Shown here in pieces: positions 26,494-36,088 of a stretch of DNA of 64,000 bases. The notes below the pieces were generated by a model, which did no database searches, was not told where the DNA came from, and was given only the letters and a program-made list of their open reading frames with translations. Positions within the stretch are counted from its first letter, which is position 1. Every line of letters starts with the position of its first letter. The DNA comes from a virus (Duplodnaviria; Caudoviricetes), in IMG/VR virus record IMGVR_UViG_3300031134_000001, positions 64,001-128,000 of that record. One strand, 5' to 3'. The position numbers and the translations under genes are program-made.

Positions 26494-27122
26494 TGGCTAC
26501 CGCGTTTTATGGTGGTGAAGCAGAACTCAATCTGTTTACCGCAGGCGAGCCACACCCGTCCATGTTGCAGTACGCACGTGAACAGGCACAAGTCATCGGC
26601 GGTTACATCCAGCGCACCGGTCACCAGTTTGCACAAGGTGTGGTGGATGCCTACCAATCGTTCTACAGCGATGAAGCAATTCACCGCGCCCGCATCGGGA
26701 TCTCCCGTGTGAAGAGTTACTTCCAAGAAGACCGGATTGCTCTGCTGTCCTCGATCTACGAGATTCAGCAAGCCTCTCCGGTGATGCAGCGTTACATCTT
26801 GGCCGAACCTACTATCGCAAAGATGGTCGACCAAGGACGCTGTGAAGGCTATGGTTATCCGAATCCTTTCCCTGAGCAATACGGTGAGGACAACTATAAC
26901 TACCGCCGCGCTACCAACGGTCTGGTGCAGTTCCAGCCTGAAACCGAAGACCAGCCAGATGGTGGCTGGAAGGTGGTGATTCACATTGAAGACCTCATGG
27001 AAGGCGACCGAGAACTGATCTTACCTGAGCAAGTGGCCATTGGTCACACTTGGGCATCGATCCGTTATTCGTTGGCCAACTCCATGTACGACCCAACGTC
27101 GAAGTCTGGCGAGATGTTGTAA
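26493..27122 (+). CDS. conserved chimallivirus hypothetical protein (209 aa)
   Basis: AAGGAG RBS; coupled ORF in the core block. Confidence 0.8.
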   Translation: MATAFYGGEAELNLFTAGEPHPSMLQYAREQAQVIGGYIQRTGHQFAQGVVDAYQSFYSDEAIHRARIGISRVKSYFQEDRIALLSSIYEIQQASPVMQRYILAEPTIAKMVDQGRCEGYGYPNPFPEQYGEDNYNYRRATNGLVQFQPETEDQPDGGWKVVIHIEDLMEGDRELILPEQVAIGHTWASIRYSLANSMYDPTSKSGEML

Positions 27123-27126
27123 CATA

Positions 27127-27180
27127 GTGCCCACTGCCCATTACGGGCGGTGGGCATTGTGATGTTATGAATCTTTTTTT
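27127..27180 (+). terminator. terminator-like hairpin
   Basis: GTGCCCACTGCCC-ATTAC-GGGCGGTGGGCAT, with a T-tract further downstream. Confidence 0.6.
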
Positions 27181-27204
27181 GTTTGTTTCTAGCCAGGAGC
27201 ACGT

Positions 27205-27621
27205 ATGGAACCCATCAAACCAATCGCCACCTTGTCACCTAAAGGTTACGTCAAATCCATCGTGGAGAAGACGGATCGTATCGTGGCGCACTTCTTTGCG
27301 TCTGACTCCAGCCAAGATTACATCTACGCTGGCACCATCGCCAACTGTTCTATCTTGCTGCAAGAATGCGGCAATGACATCCTCCAGTTCCGCGAACGCT
27401 TAGGCGCTACGCTGCAAACGTACATGGCGCGCTTATACGACAGTGTGACGGTGGATGTGTGGGACGATACCGAAACCAACTTCACCAGCCGCATCAACGT
27501 CAAGTTCTCGATCGAAGTCACCCAAGGTGGAGAGCGTTACGATGTGGCCAATTTGCTGACACTCATCGATGGCAAATTTGAAAAAATTACGAAGCTTAAT
27601 AATACAGGCAACGTCGACTAA
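27205..27621 (+). CDS. conserved hypothetical protein (138 aa)
   Basis: AGGAG RBS. Confidence 0.8.
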   Translation: MEPIKPIATLSPKGYVKSIVEKTDRIVAHFFASDSSQDYIYAGTIANCSILLQECGNDILQFRERLGATLQTYMARLYDSVTVDVWDDTETNFTSRINVKFSIEVTQGGERYDVANLLTLIDGKFEKITKLNNTGNVD

Positions 27622-27639
27622 TTATAAAGGAACCAAACC

Positions 27640-28230
27640 ATGTCGCAACAAGAACCTACTGATTTCATTACCCAAAGCCTGAACGATTTGTTAGAAGACC
27701 TGGAACAGAACTTGGTCAACGACAAGTCCGGCCAACGCGTGATTGCCGAAAGCTTCTTCGTGGGCGTGTTCTTGCCGATGTTCGCTGGCGACGCTAACCC
27801 ACAACACAAAGCCACACCTGAAATGTGGTTCAATGTCGCGCATAGCGCGTTCAATGAAGTGACCGTGGTGTCCGACGGCGGTGGGTTCTTGTTCGATGTA
27901 CCGGCCTTGGCCAGTCAAGATGCCATCAAGCCACTGGACGGCACCGGTAAGGACGCCAACATGCAGACCGTGACCGACATGATCACGACAGCGCGTTTGT
28001 ATGCGCAGCGTGGCCCGAACGTCATGCAGGGCATCATCGCCAACGAGATGGACAAACGCTCGTTCCTGTTTAAAGATGCGCAGATGAGCGCGGATCATAT
28101 CCGCCGCTGGAACGAAATCTTCGCGCGTTACGACCGTCCGCTTTTGCCAGTGACTGGCGCAGTTGCAACCAACACGACCAACCATGCCTACGACCCAGCC
28201 CGAGACAGCACTGACTTTGAACCGCTTTAA
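27640..28230 (+). CDS. conserved hypothetical protein (196 aa)
   Basis: AAAGGA RBS. Confidence 0.8.
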   Translation: MSQQEPTDFITQSLNDLLEDLEQNLVNDKSGQRVIAESFFVGVFLPMFAGDANPQHKATPEMWFNVAHSAFNEVTVVSDGGGFLFDVPALASQDAIKPLDGTGKDANMQTVTDMITTARLYAQRGPNVMQGIIANEMDKRSFLFKDAQMSADHIRRWNEIFARYDRPLLPVTGAVATNTTNHAYDPARDSTDFEPL

Positions 28231-29431
28231 GACTGGCGGGTTTTACTACGCCGTCATCAGTGACATTCATTTAGGTCACAACCGTAATAGCGCAGCGCGC
28301 ATTGTCGAGAACTTGTTCCAAGCGTTCCCTGACAATGCCGAGACTGCCAGCCTGGACGCGATCTTTATCCCAGGCGATATCTTCGACAACCTGCTCATGT
28401 TTAACGACGAAGACATCGATGCGATTATGCATTGGAGTAATAGTCTGCTGCACATGTGCAAACGTCACGGCATTATTCTGCGCATTGTGGAAGGTACGCC
28501 ACTGCATGACCGTACCCAGTCCAAGTACTTCATGCGGGAAAACGAGATCGGTCGTATCGGTGCGGACATGAAGTACATCGACAAGATCGATATCGAGTAC
28601 ATCGCTCGGTTGGATATTCATGTGTTGTATATCCCTGACGAAGTACCAGGCGGCTCTGCTGCTGCGCTGCAAACGGTGAAAGACCTGATGCGTGCGCGCG
28701 GCATTGAGCAAGTGGATATCGCCATGGTGCACGGCTTGTTCCGGTTCCAGATCGATTTCGTCGATTCGTCCATCACCCATGACGAACACGAGTATCTTCG
28801 TTTGGTCAAGCACAACATCAGCGTGGGACATGACCATAACCACAAGAGCTTTGTGAAGGATGGTCATGGGGTTTATGTGCAAGGTTCGTTCGATCGTTTA
28901 GCGCACGGCCATGAGACGCCCAAAGGGCACATGCGCTTTAAGTGGCAGCCCGACGGAACCTGGGAGATTCGCTTTATCGAGAACGTTAATGCGATGAAGT
29001 TTGTCACGCTTAATTGCACTGGCAAGACGCTCGAAGAGACGTTTGCCTTTGTGCAGGCGTCGGTGCAGGCTTTGCCGGATAACTCCCACGTACGGATCTT
29101 GGCCGAAAGTAACCATCCTGTATTTACCAGTATGGAAGTGTTGATTCGCATGGCGCCGTTGCTGAACTGGAAGAAAGATCCAGTGCGGGACAAAGAGAAG
29201 GCGTTAGCGCCACTCGCCGAAGTCGACACCAAGTACATTCCGACTAACATCATGCCCGACAACCTTGCAGGATTAGTCTTGGAGCGAATCGCTAGCGAGG
29301 GAGCTTCGGGGGAAATCATGGATGCGGCATTGGAAATCTTGGAAGAATTATTCCCATCATGCAAGAAACCACAGTCACCTATGCTAACACAGCAGATGGA
29401 AGAGCCCAGGGATTTTTCCCCTTATCAATAG
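28184..29431 (+). CDS. sbcD: SbcD/Mre11-like metallophosphoesterase nuclease
   Basis: SDIHLG, GDIFD, GTPLHD, MVHG and GHDH motifs. Start uncertain (ATG 28184 or TTG 28217). Confidence 0.85.
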   Translation: MPTTQPETALTLNRFKTGGFYYAVISDIHLGHNRNSAARIVENLFQAFPDNAETASLDAIFIPGDIFDNLLMFNDEDIDAIMHWSNSLLHMCKRHGIILRIVEGTPLHDRTQSKYFMRENEIGRIGADMKYIDKIDIEYIARLDIHVLYIPDEVPGGSAAALQTVKDLMRARGIEQVDIAMVHGLFRFQIDFVDSSITHDEHEYLRLVKHNISVGHDHNHKSFVKDGHGVYVQGSFDRLAHGHETPKGHMRFKWQPDGTWEIRFIENVNAMKFVTLNCTGKTLEETFAFVQASVQALPDNSHVRILAESNHPVFTSMEVLIRMAPLLNWKKDPVRDKEKALAPLAEVDTKYIPTNIMPDNLAGLVLERIASEGASGEIMDAALEILEELFPSCKKPQSPMLTQQMEEPRDFSPYQ

Positions 29432-30222
29432 CGACTTCGCTCGCAATCGAATCGGCGGTCGGGATACATCCTGACCTGCCTCGCCCGGACGTTATGCCCA
29501 TTAAGCAATACCGGGGCGTCTGGATCAACATGCGCACGCTGTACCGTAACATTGTTGGCGCTATGTCCAAAGAGATCGCAGCGTCGATCTCCGCTGTCGA
29601 GATCGCCCAAATCCTGGATGAAGAAATGCGGGTCATTCCCGACTTTCTTGGCGAATACGCTGGCGCACCTGTCAACGTCACGTATTACTTCAACAACTTA
29701 AATGAGGTTGAACGCAAGCACCCAGAAGCCGATGTGCGGAAAGACACGACCGACCGCATGCGACACTTCACCCGCGTCATGGGCGATGTGATGAAAGTCA
29801 TGCTGGCTGAACGTTCAGATCGGTTTATCGTCGTCAACGATCGCTTGCCAGGTGAAGCAGTTAAGACGTTGATTATTACGCACATTGCCTATGATCTGCT
29901 GGCAGAGAAGAACTTTGGTGGTTTGGTGTTACTGGAAAGTCACACCGGACGTATCAAACCTAAGCCCTTGTGGTACTCCAAGTATTATCAAGGGCGCGAC
30001 TTGGCAATGATTCCTTTCACCGAGGAACTCTTACAAGTATTTGGCGACACGGAAACGTTCCATCCTCTGGATAAGAAACTCCGTGAAGCCATCATTGAAG
30101 TGGCAGCAAAACGTGGATGGCATGCTTCGACATCGAGGGAGCGTATTGTCGAGGGCATCAAAGAGCTGCCCAACCCAGCACATCTTCTCAAGATGAAAAA
30201 GATCTTCAAAGTCCTCATCTAA
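29359..30222 (+). CDS. conserved chimallivirus protein (phiKZ gp66-like), possibly nuclease-related (287 aa)
   Basis: Follows and overlaps sbcD as in the core block; function not evident from motifs. Confidence 0.7.
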   Translation: MQETTVTYANTADGRAQGFFPLSIATSLAIESAVGIHPDLPRPDVMPIKQYRGVWINMRTLYRNIVGAMSKEIAASISAVEIAQILDEEMRVIPDFLGEYAGAPVNVTYYFNNLNEVERKHPEADVRKDTTDRMRHFTRVMGDVMKVMLAERSDRFIVVNDRLPGEAVKTLIITHIAYDLLAEKNFGGLVLLESHTGRIKPKPLWYSKYYQGRDLAMIPFTEELLQVFGDTETFHPLDKKLREAIIEVAAKRGWHASTSRERIVEGIKELPNPAHLLKMKKIFKVLI

Positions 30223-30290
30223 CTGTGGAAAAATATCCAACGGTACTATTGGATGTACTCCGCAAACATATCTTTTCAGGATAGCAAAAA

Positions 30291-31082
30291 ATGGCATATA
30301 ACAACCAGGAAAAAGACAAACGCCCAAAGGCTCCCTTCGACCTTTTCGCGCTGACACTGTGGGCACCTTCCACAGCCCAAGGCAAGTCCGCCATGTTCAT
30401 GATGGACGTGAGCCTGGACGGCAAGGTCAACTTCACCGTGCGTACGGGTGACCCGGCCGACAAAGAAAAGCAAAAGGATGGCGACGTCATCCGCATGCGC
30501 ATGAATCTGGTCGACTACGAGAAAGTCGTCAACGTCTTCGGCGACGTGATCCGTTCCAAAGGTCCGATGAAAGTCGCGGCCGTGGCCCTGGACTACTACC
30601 GCTGGGACAAAGAAAGCAAACAACGCGTGCGCATGGATGCGCCGCGCGACGGCAACAAGCTGTTCATCAACAAAGACGCCGACGGCACCGTGTCGCTCTC
30701 GCTCGTGCAATACAACCGCACGAACATCGAGTTCGGCTTCATCCCGCGCAATCCTGAACTGGTGTTCGCGCATTCCGACGGCAACAAGTGGACCGACGGC
30801 GAGATGTCGCTCTCGGGCGCCCGTGCTTACCACAAAGTCATGGCGGAACTGCACTCGCGCGTGGCCGCATCGACGATCCGTCAACACCAGATCCCAGACC
30901 AGTTCCAACCACCGTACGTGGCGCCACAAGCTGCTGGCGGCGGTCAAGGCGGTGGCTACAAGTCGGGCAATGGCGGCGGTGGCGGCGGTGGTTACAACAA
31001 GCCGCAGCAAAGCAACAACGGCGGCGGTCAACGCGCTGTGGTCGTCGCTGAAGACGACATGGACGACGATATCCCGTATTGA
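30291..31082 (+). CDS. phiKZ gp67-like protein with an SSB-like Gly-rich linker and acidic DDDIPY tail (263 aa)
   Basis: C-terminus GGGGGGGYNKPQQSNNGGGQ...EDDMDDDIPY; highly biased codons. Confidence 0.75.
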   Translation: MAYNNQEKDKRPKAPFDLFALTLWAPSTAQGKSAMFMMDVSLDGKVNFTVRTGDPADKEKQKDGDVIRMRMNLVDYEKVVNVFGDVIRSKGPMKVAAVALDYYRWDKESKQRVRMDAPRDGNKLFINKDADGTVSLSLVQYNRTNIEFGFIPRNPELVFAHSDGNKWTDGEMSLSGARAYHKVMAELHSRVAASTIRQHQIPDQFQPPYVAPQAAGGGQGGGYKSGNGGGGGGGYNKPQQSNNGGGQRAVVVAEDDMDDDIPY

Positions 31083-31118
31083 TCGTCTATCTCACTTAAG
31101 TGAGGTAATCTAATAGGT

Positions 31119-31150
31119 CCACGCAGCTTACGGGCTGCGTGGTCTATGCC
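31119..31150 (+). terminator. hairpin with downstream TATG
   Basis: CCACGCAGC-TTACGG-GCTGCGTGG-TCTATGCC. Confidence 0.55.
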
Positions 31151-31171
31151 TTCGTAACGAGATAAAGCCGA

Positions 31172-31201
31172 TTGAAAATAATTTCACGACTATATCACTA
31201 C
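31172..31201 (+). promoter_or_regulatory. phage early promoter for the gp68/PicA operon
   Basis: TTGAAAATAATTTCACGACTATATCACTAC. Confidence 0.7.
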
Positions 31202-31245
31202 GATGAGTAGTATCTGTAATACAACGTCAACAAAAAGGAGAAGAC

Positions 31246-32937
31246 GTGAGATTTAGGAAAGTGTTATCGGTTTCCGACAAAGTATCGAACGTTGTTATTG
31301 ACCATGCTGGCCAGGAACTGGCGTGGGATGTGAAGATCTTGGAGCGCGGTAACAAAAACGCGAACCGTAACAAAGACCCAGCAGCTGAAGAAGTAGCACC
31401 TGCTGATCCGTTCGAGCAACTCAACGACTTCCTCAAAGAGCGCTCGGTGCAGCAGCAAAACGAGTTGTTTGAAGTCTATACGCACATTCACGGCATCTTG
31501 CAGCCGCATGGGCATCATGACATTCAGGACTTGCGTCGCAAGATCCCTGGGCTACTCAAACGCATCTTTACGATCGTTCCGCCAGATGAAGTGGCGCGTT
31601 GGGTGCATCATACGCCGACGATTCTGTTCCCTGCCAACATCCGCGTGTTTCAAACGCTGAAAGAATCAGCAGAGCGTGGCGAGAACTTCGGTCTGTCCAA
31701 ACGGCCGGTGGACGCAACGTATCTGGAAAAGGATTACTGGGGCTTGGTGGTGTTGGTGTTGATCTGCCGGATGTTGGTACCAATCTGGGGTCGCTTCCTG
31801 GGCAACATCGATTCGACAGTGAACAACCACTACAAGGAAATCTACGCCCTGCGCTTGGCAACCAAGACCGCGTTGGTGGATACCGATGGCTATAAACGCC
31901 TGGAGAATTACATCAACATCTACCTGACCCCGGACAAGTTCAAGAACTCGGCCATGGAAGGTAGCGTTGCCAAGGAAGATGCGCCGATCCAAACCATGGC
32001 GATTCTGTTGGTGCGTCGTTTGGCGTGGGTCAACATCTCGGGTCGTGATCCTAACTTCTCGTTGGTTGGTCGGGTCTACTCGTTTATCGAGCAGCACCTC
32101 GAAGGCGCTGACCGTCAGTACAACGAACGGGTCAAGCCAAAGATCCCTGACAGCGGCATGTCAGGTAACGATCAAGAGAACCGGGCATCGGTTTCGGAAC
32201 TGATCAAGATCCGCGAACCATTCTCGGCTGGCGACTTGACGCTATCTGAAGCATGTGCCCGCACACCAGAGATGTTCATCGCCCGTCTGCATCCAGAAAT
32301 GATGGAAGGCTACTGGATGGAAATGGCGTTGAAGACGGTTGAGCCACTGCGCAAGAATCCACCGCAGCAGTTCCAGTTCACGATGCTGCAAAACGTGCTC
32401 GGCGTTGAATGCCGACAGCGTGACGGCTTGTGGGAGCTGGACCCAACCCAACGGGAAAAGTGGGATGCCATCTTCCCACCTCGGGCCATCGATGAAATGA
32501 ATCTCATCGAAGACTTGAACATGATGGCTGTGGCTGTAGCGTTGTTGTGCTACAAAGGCTTTTACGATGTGGCAGCTTTGATGACGGCCACCCCAGTGAA
32601 AGACAGTCAAGGTAATTCGATTGGCGGTAGCGCACCACCTGCCGCACTCACCGATGACAACGTGAAAGCATTGGCGCAGCACTGGCCGTTTGCTCAGCGT
32701 CCATCAGGAAAACTTCGGAATGATAACCCGAGGACGATCAAGCTGCCCAACGTAGCGGGAGCTTTGATCGACAACATTACTTTTAACCTGAGTAATTATC
32801 AGTGGTTACTCAACATCCCAACACCATGGATCAAGATGTTGCCAGACCACGACGGCAATCGCCGTTATGCAGTGAAACCAAACTTTCGTAATCGTTTTGC
32901 TGAACTCGCAATCAGCATCGCCACCAGGAGCTTGTAA
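31246..32937 (+). CDS. non-virion RNA polymerase promoter-specificity (sigma-like) subunit, phiKZ gp68-like (563 aa)
   Basis: GTG after AAGGAG; size and position between the gp67-like and gp69-like genes (synteny). Confidence 0.7.
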   Translation: MRFRKVLSVSDKVSNVVIDHAGQELAWDVKILERGNKNANRNKDPAAEEVAPADPFEQLNDFLKERSVQQQNELFEVYTHIHGILQPHGHHDIQDLRRKIPGLLKRIFTIVPPDEVARWVHHTPTILFPANIRVFQTLKESAERGENFGLSKRPVDATYLEKDYWGLVVLVLICRMLVPIWGRFLGNIDSTVNNHYKEIYALRLATKTALVDTDGYKRLENYINIYLTPDKFKNSAMEGSVAKEDAPIQTMAILLVRRLAWVNISGRDPNFSLVGRVYSFIEQHLEGADRQYNERVKPKIPDSGMSGNDQENRASVSELIKIREPFSAGDLTLSEACARTPEMFIARLHPEMMEGYWMEMALKTVEPLRKNPPQQFQFTMLQNVLGVECRQRDGLWELDPTQREKWDAIFPPRAIDEMNLIEDLNMMAVAVALLCYKGFYDVAALMTATPVKDSQGNSIGGSAPPAALTDDNVKALAQHWPFAQRPSGKLRNDNPRTIKLPNVAGALIDNITFNLSNYQWLLNIPTPWIKMLPDHDGNRRYAVKPNFRNRFAELAISIATRSL

Positions 32938-32940
32938 AAA

Positions 32941-34608
32941 ATGAATGATCCATATAACCAACAACCACATAACCCTTACGATTCATTCAACGAAAAGTAC
33001 GCTGACTACAGCGAGGACCGTCGCCCGACCTTCCCACACCACAATGCGGCGAAAGTCACCATCGAACAACTGTTCTTCATTCCGACCGGCACCTACCAGG
33101 AACAATGGCGGCGCCCGTGGACTGCCGAAGTCAATCAAGGCAACGTCAACCAAGTGTACGAAGCTGTGGCCCATGCTTACCATGACCACAAAATCAAACG
33201 CGACGCCGGCAGCATCTCGCCGGATCTGGCCTACGCCATCGACCCGATGAGTCTGGCCTCCGTGTCGGCTTCGTTCATCCAACCAGCCGCTGTCGGTGAA
33301 GCACCAGCACGTCACCGCATGAGGCACAGTCTGGCGCACCAGACGGCCCGTTTCATCATGACGCTCGCAGTGCATCGCCATGGCGCCGTCGAACCGAACC
33401 GTTATCTCATCAACGGCTACACCGATCACCTGGGCCTACTCAAAAAGGGTGACCGCGCTGGCTACAACCAGAGCGACTATGAAGTGGATCACACCATGGA
33501 AATGACGGTGAATTCCATCATGGAAGTGCGCCGCATGGAACGCCACACCGGTTACGGTCTGGAAGTCACGTCGGAAATGGTGTCGGTCAACCAAGTCCTG
33601 CTGGACCCGAACTTCACCGGCGTGGATCAGGCGCAGATCATCCGTCTGCGTCCGTATGAAGTGGCTACTGCGCTGACGCGCATGCAAGATCCGCAGATCA
33701 ATCGCAGCGGTGTGAGCACTACCGACACGCGTTACGTGCAAAACGGCACGCCGACGTTCTCGGATATCCACCACACCAATCCGAACGACTACATGGCCCG
33801 CACCATCTCGGGCCTGACCAACGGTCGTGACATGGCCGTGCACCGCAATCAGTCGGGTCTCCTCGATCCACTGACCAACGCTACGCGTGAGCTGCGCGAT
33901 CAGTCGGCAGCAAACGATCCGTTCCTCAAAGCGATCTCAAGCTTTACCGACGGCATCGTGTCGGCCACGTTCACGTTCCGTGATCTGTTGATGGTCGATC
34001 CGAATGCTGACAAAGACGGCATCTGCTTTATCGACATGCGTGACTATTCCAAGTTGGCGGGTCAGCGCGGCCACAACATGGCTGCCGGTGGTTACACGTC
34101 TGAATGGCAGGGTCGTGATGCAGCTACGCAATGGGCGGCGCAACTTGCCAACATGTTGCCACCGATGATGATGGACTTGGGCGTTCGCAAGATCGACCTC
34201 GTTGCATCCAACATCCATCGCGAAAAGATCTGCACGGCAGCCAATGCCTTGCCGTTCATCCGGGGTGTGAACATCGTGCCTCAGCAGCGGGCGTTGGAAG
34301 GATTGTTCTTCCAGCAGTTTGTGCAGCCGATGTCGTTCGATGGACAGATCCCGTATCAGATCGATGTGAGCGTGGACCTGTATGGCGAAATCATCATGAA
34401 CCTGTCGGTCGATGGCAGTCCGTTGTATCCATACGCGTTTCCGGCATTCATGTCGGCCGGCAGTTCGCCAATCCTGACGACGCAGGCCAATACGCTGGAC
34501 GCAATCGCGACTGCTTTCCGCGATCTGCAATCGCAAGTCCTGCCGCCACTTCGCCCCCTCATCACTGAAGTAGCGCGCCAGCCGTTGCCTACCGGCGCCC
34601 GCTATTAA
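32941..34608 (+). CDS. picA: probable phage-nucleus protein import factor PicA/Imp1 (phiKZ gp69-like, 555 aa)
   Basis: Directly downstream of the gp68-like gene in the conserved block; assignment by synteny and size only. Confidence 0.6.
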   Translation: MNDPYNQQPHNPYDSFNEKYADYSEDRRPTFPHHNAAKVTIEQLFFIPTGTYQEQWRRPWTAEVNQGNVNQVYEAVAHAYHDHKIKRDAGSISPDLAYAIDPMSLASVSASFIQPAAVGEAPARHRMRHSLAHQTARFIMTLAVHRHGAVEPNRYLINGYTDHLGLLKKGDRAGYNQSDYEVDHTMEMTVNSIMEVRRMERHTGYGLEVTSEMVSVNQVLLDPNFTGVDQAQIIRLRPYEVATALTRMQDPQINRSGVSTTDTRYVQNGTPTFSDIHHTNPNDYMARTISGLTNGRDMAVHRNQSGLLDPLTNATRELRDQSAANDPFLKAISSFTDGIVSATFTFRDLLMVDPNADKDGICFIDMRDYSKLAGQRGHNMAAGGYTSEWQGRDAATQWAAQLANMLPPMMMDLGVRKIDLVASNIHREKICTAANALPFIRGVNIVPQQRALEGLFFQQFVQPMSFDGQIPYQIDVSVDLYGEIIMNLSVDGSPLYPYAFPAFMSAGSSPILTTQANTLDAIATAFRDLQSQVLPPLRPLITEVARQPLPTGARY

Positions 34609-34613
34609 AAACA

Positions 34614-34639
34614 GTAGCCCTATCGACAGGTAGGGCTAC
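34614..34639 (+). other. intergenic hairpin without a U-tract
   Basis: GTAGCCCTATC-GACA-GGTAGGGCTAC, just upstream of the next gene's RBS. Confidence 0.55.
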
Positions 34640-34660
34640 ATCACAAAAAAGGAAAGCAGC

Positions 34661-35989
34661 ATGAATAAAATCGACATGTTCGATACCTACAAGCAGCTTC
34701 TCGCCACGACCAGTATGGAAGTGACCGAAGAAGGCTTCGTACGGATGGAAATCGATGAGAATGAATACATTCCCGTCACAGCCAAAGACCAGAAAATCGT
34801 GGTGCTGCCGCTCGTTGAGCGTTTGCGCGATAAGAAGGTCGACGAATACGAAATCTTCCACTTGCTGCGCGACGGCGGTGGCAAAGACAGTGACCTGATG
34901 TCGCGTTATCGCCATTGGCTGATCAACCGTCTGAACCTGGTACTCGGCGGCCTGGGTGCCATCCTGCTCGATATCGCAGCCAGTCCTGCCATTACCAAAA
35001 CGCTTTCGCCAGAACAGCAAGCGTACCTGGGCATGGTCGCTGACGCCGACGTGGACTCCGTGAAGAACTTCGACAAGCTCGCCGATATGGCATCCAAAGC
35101 CAATCAGATCCAGCAAGTCTTCGTCTCGGTGTATCTGCAGCCGGCAGCTGTCCTCGATGTCAACGGCGAGAAGGTCAGCTTCAACCGCGTGGCCCGTTTC
35201 AACTTCCCTATCTTCGATGCCATCAAAGATGTCATTGCAGAAGACGAAGCGTACAAGGCAGCGCCCAAGGCCAAGAAACCGACCAAGGGCGACGGCAAGA
35301 TCTTCGGCGCCGCTATCCGGGTGAAAGATCGCGATGTGTTCATCGGTCTGCTCAAGTACATGTTGCCAGAACTGGATGTGCGTCATCGCTACGATATCGG
35401 TAGCAACTCGCGCATTTCGCCAAGCCTGGATGCCATGATGCGCGGCTTCCTGCCGATGATCACGCACCTGAACGCAATCATGGAACTGTTCACTGGCGTC
35501 AAGCCAGAGATCGATCGCGCCATTTCGGGGATGATGATCCCAACGGACTGGGAAGCAGCCTTCGAAAACCTGGATGTGCTGTGGCCGCAGATCCGTTCGG
35601 TTCCAACCCAAAGCGTGGGCGCCTTGGTCGAACCAGCGCCGACCGATCTGCGTCAGAATGCAGCAGTGGCTGCAACCGTGCATTCGCCGTACAATGCCCC
35701 AGCAGCACCACCGCCATGGGCATTGCCAACACCAACGCCACACGTACAGCCAACGCAGACCATCTACGGTAGTACCTACGCACCACCTGTACCAGTTCGT
35801 AGCGGTAACAGTGGTGGCGGTATGGATGTGGGTGAAATGATGCGTGGTCTGGGTGGCGGTCGTCACGCACCACAGCAACAGCACCCTGGTTACGTACAAC
35901 CGCAACAGCCGTACTATCCACCACCTGCGGCGACGATGTACCCAGGCCAGCAGCAGTACCAACCCCAGCAACAACAACGTCGTTATTAA
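34661..35989 (+). CDS. conserved phiKZ gp70-like protein with a Q/P/Y-rich C-terminal tail (442 aa)
   Basis: AAGGA RBS; tail QQQHPGYVQPQQPYYPPP...QQQQRRY. Confidence 0.8.
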   Translation: MNKIDMFDTYKQLLATTSMEVTEEGFVRMEIDENEYIPVTAKDQKIVVLPLVERLRDKKVDEYEIFHLLRDGGGKDSDLMSRYRHWLINRLNLVLGGLGAILLDIAASPAITKTLSPEQQAYLGMVADADVDSVKNFDKLADMASKANQIQQVFVSVYLQPAAVLDVNGEKVSFNRVARFNFPIFDAIKDVIAEDEAYKAAPKAKKPTKGDGKIFGAAIRVKDRDVFIGLLKYMLPELDVRHRYDIGSNSRISPSLDAMMRGFLPMITHLNAIMELFTGVKPEIDRAISGMMIPTDWEAAFENLDVLWPQIRSVPTQSVGALVEPAPTDLRQNAAVAATVHSPYNAPAAPPPWALPTPTPHVQPTQTIYGSTYAPPVPVRSGNSGGGMDVGEMMRGLGGGRHAPQQQHPGYVQPQQPYYPPPAATMYPGQQQYQPQQQQRRY

Positions 35990-36056
35990 CGGCATAAAGC
36001 CAACCCGACCCGTAGTGGGATCGGGTTGGTCTTTCCTTTATGCGTTAATTTTTTTA
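35987..36056. terminator. bidirectional terminator
   Basis: TAACGGCATAAA-GCCAACCCGA...TCGGGTTGGT...TTTATGCGTTA followed by T7. Confidence 0.75.
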
Positions 36057-36088
36057 GCTCTTCTGTTAAAAAAGATCACACGATCCTA

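Noticed and set aside
29359-29431. Possible frameshift fusion of sbcD and the next gene (73-nt overlap, GGGATTTTTCCCC)
   Set aside because: The downstream gene has its own ATG, and such overlaps are common in this operon. No clear canonical slippery heptamer in the correct frame was established.
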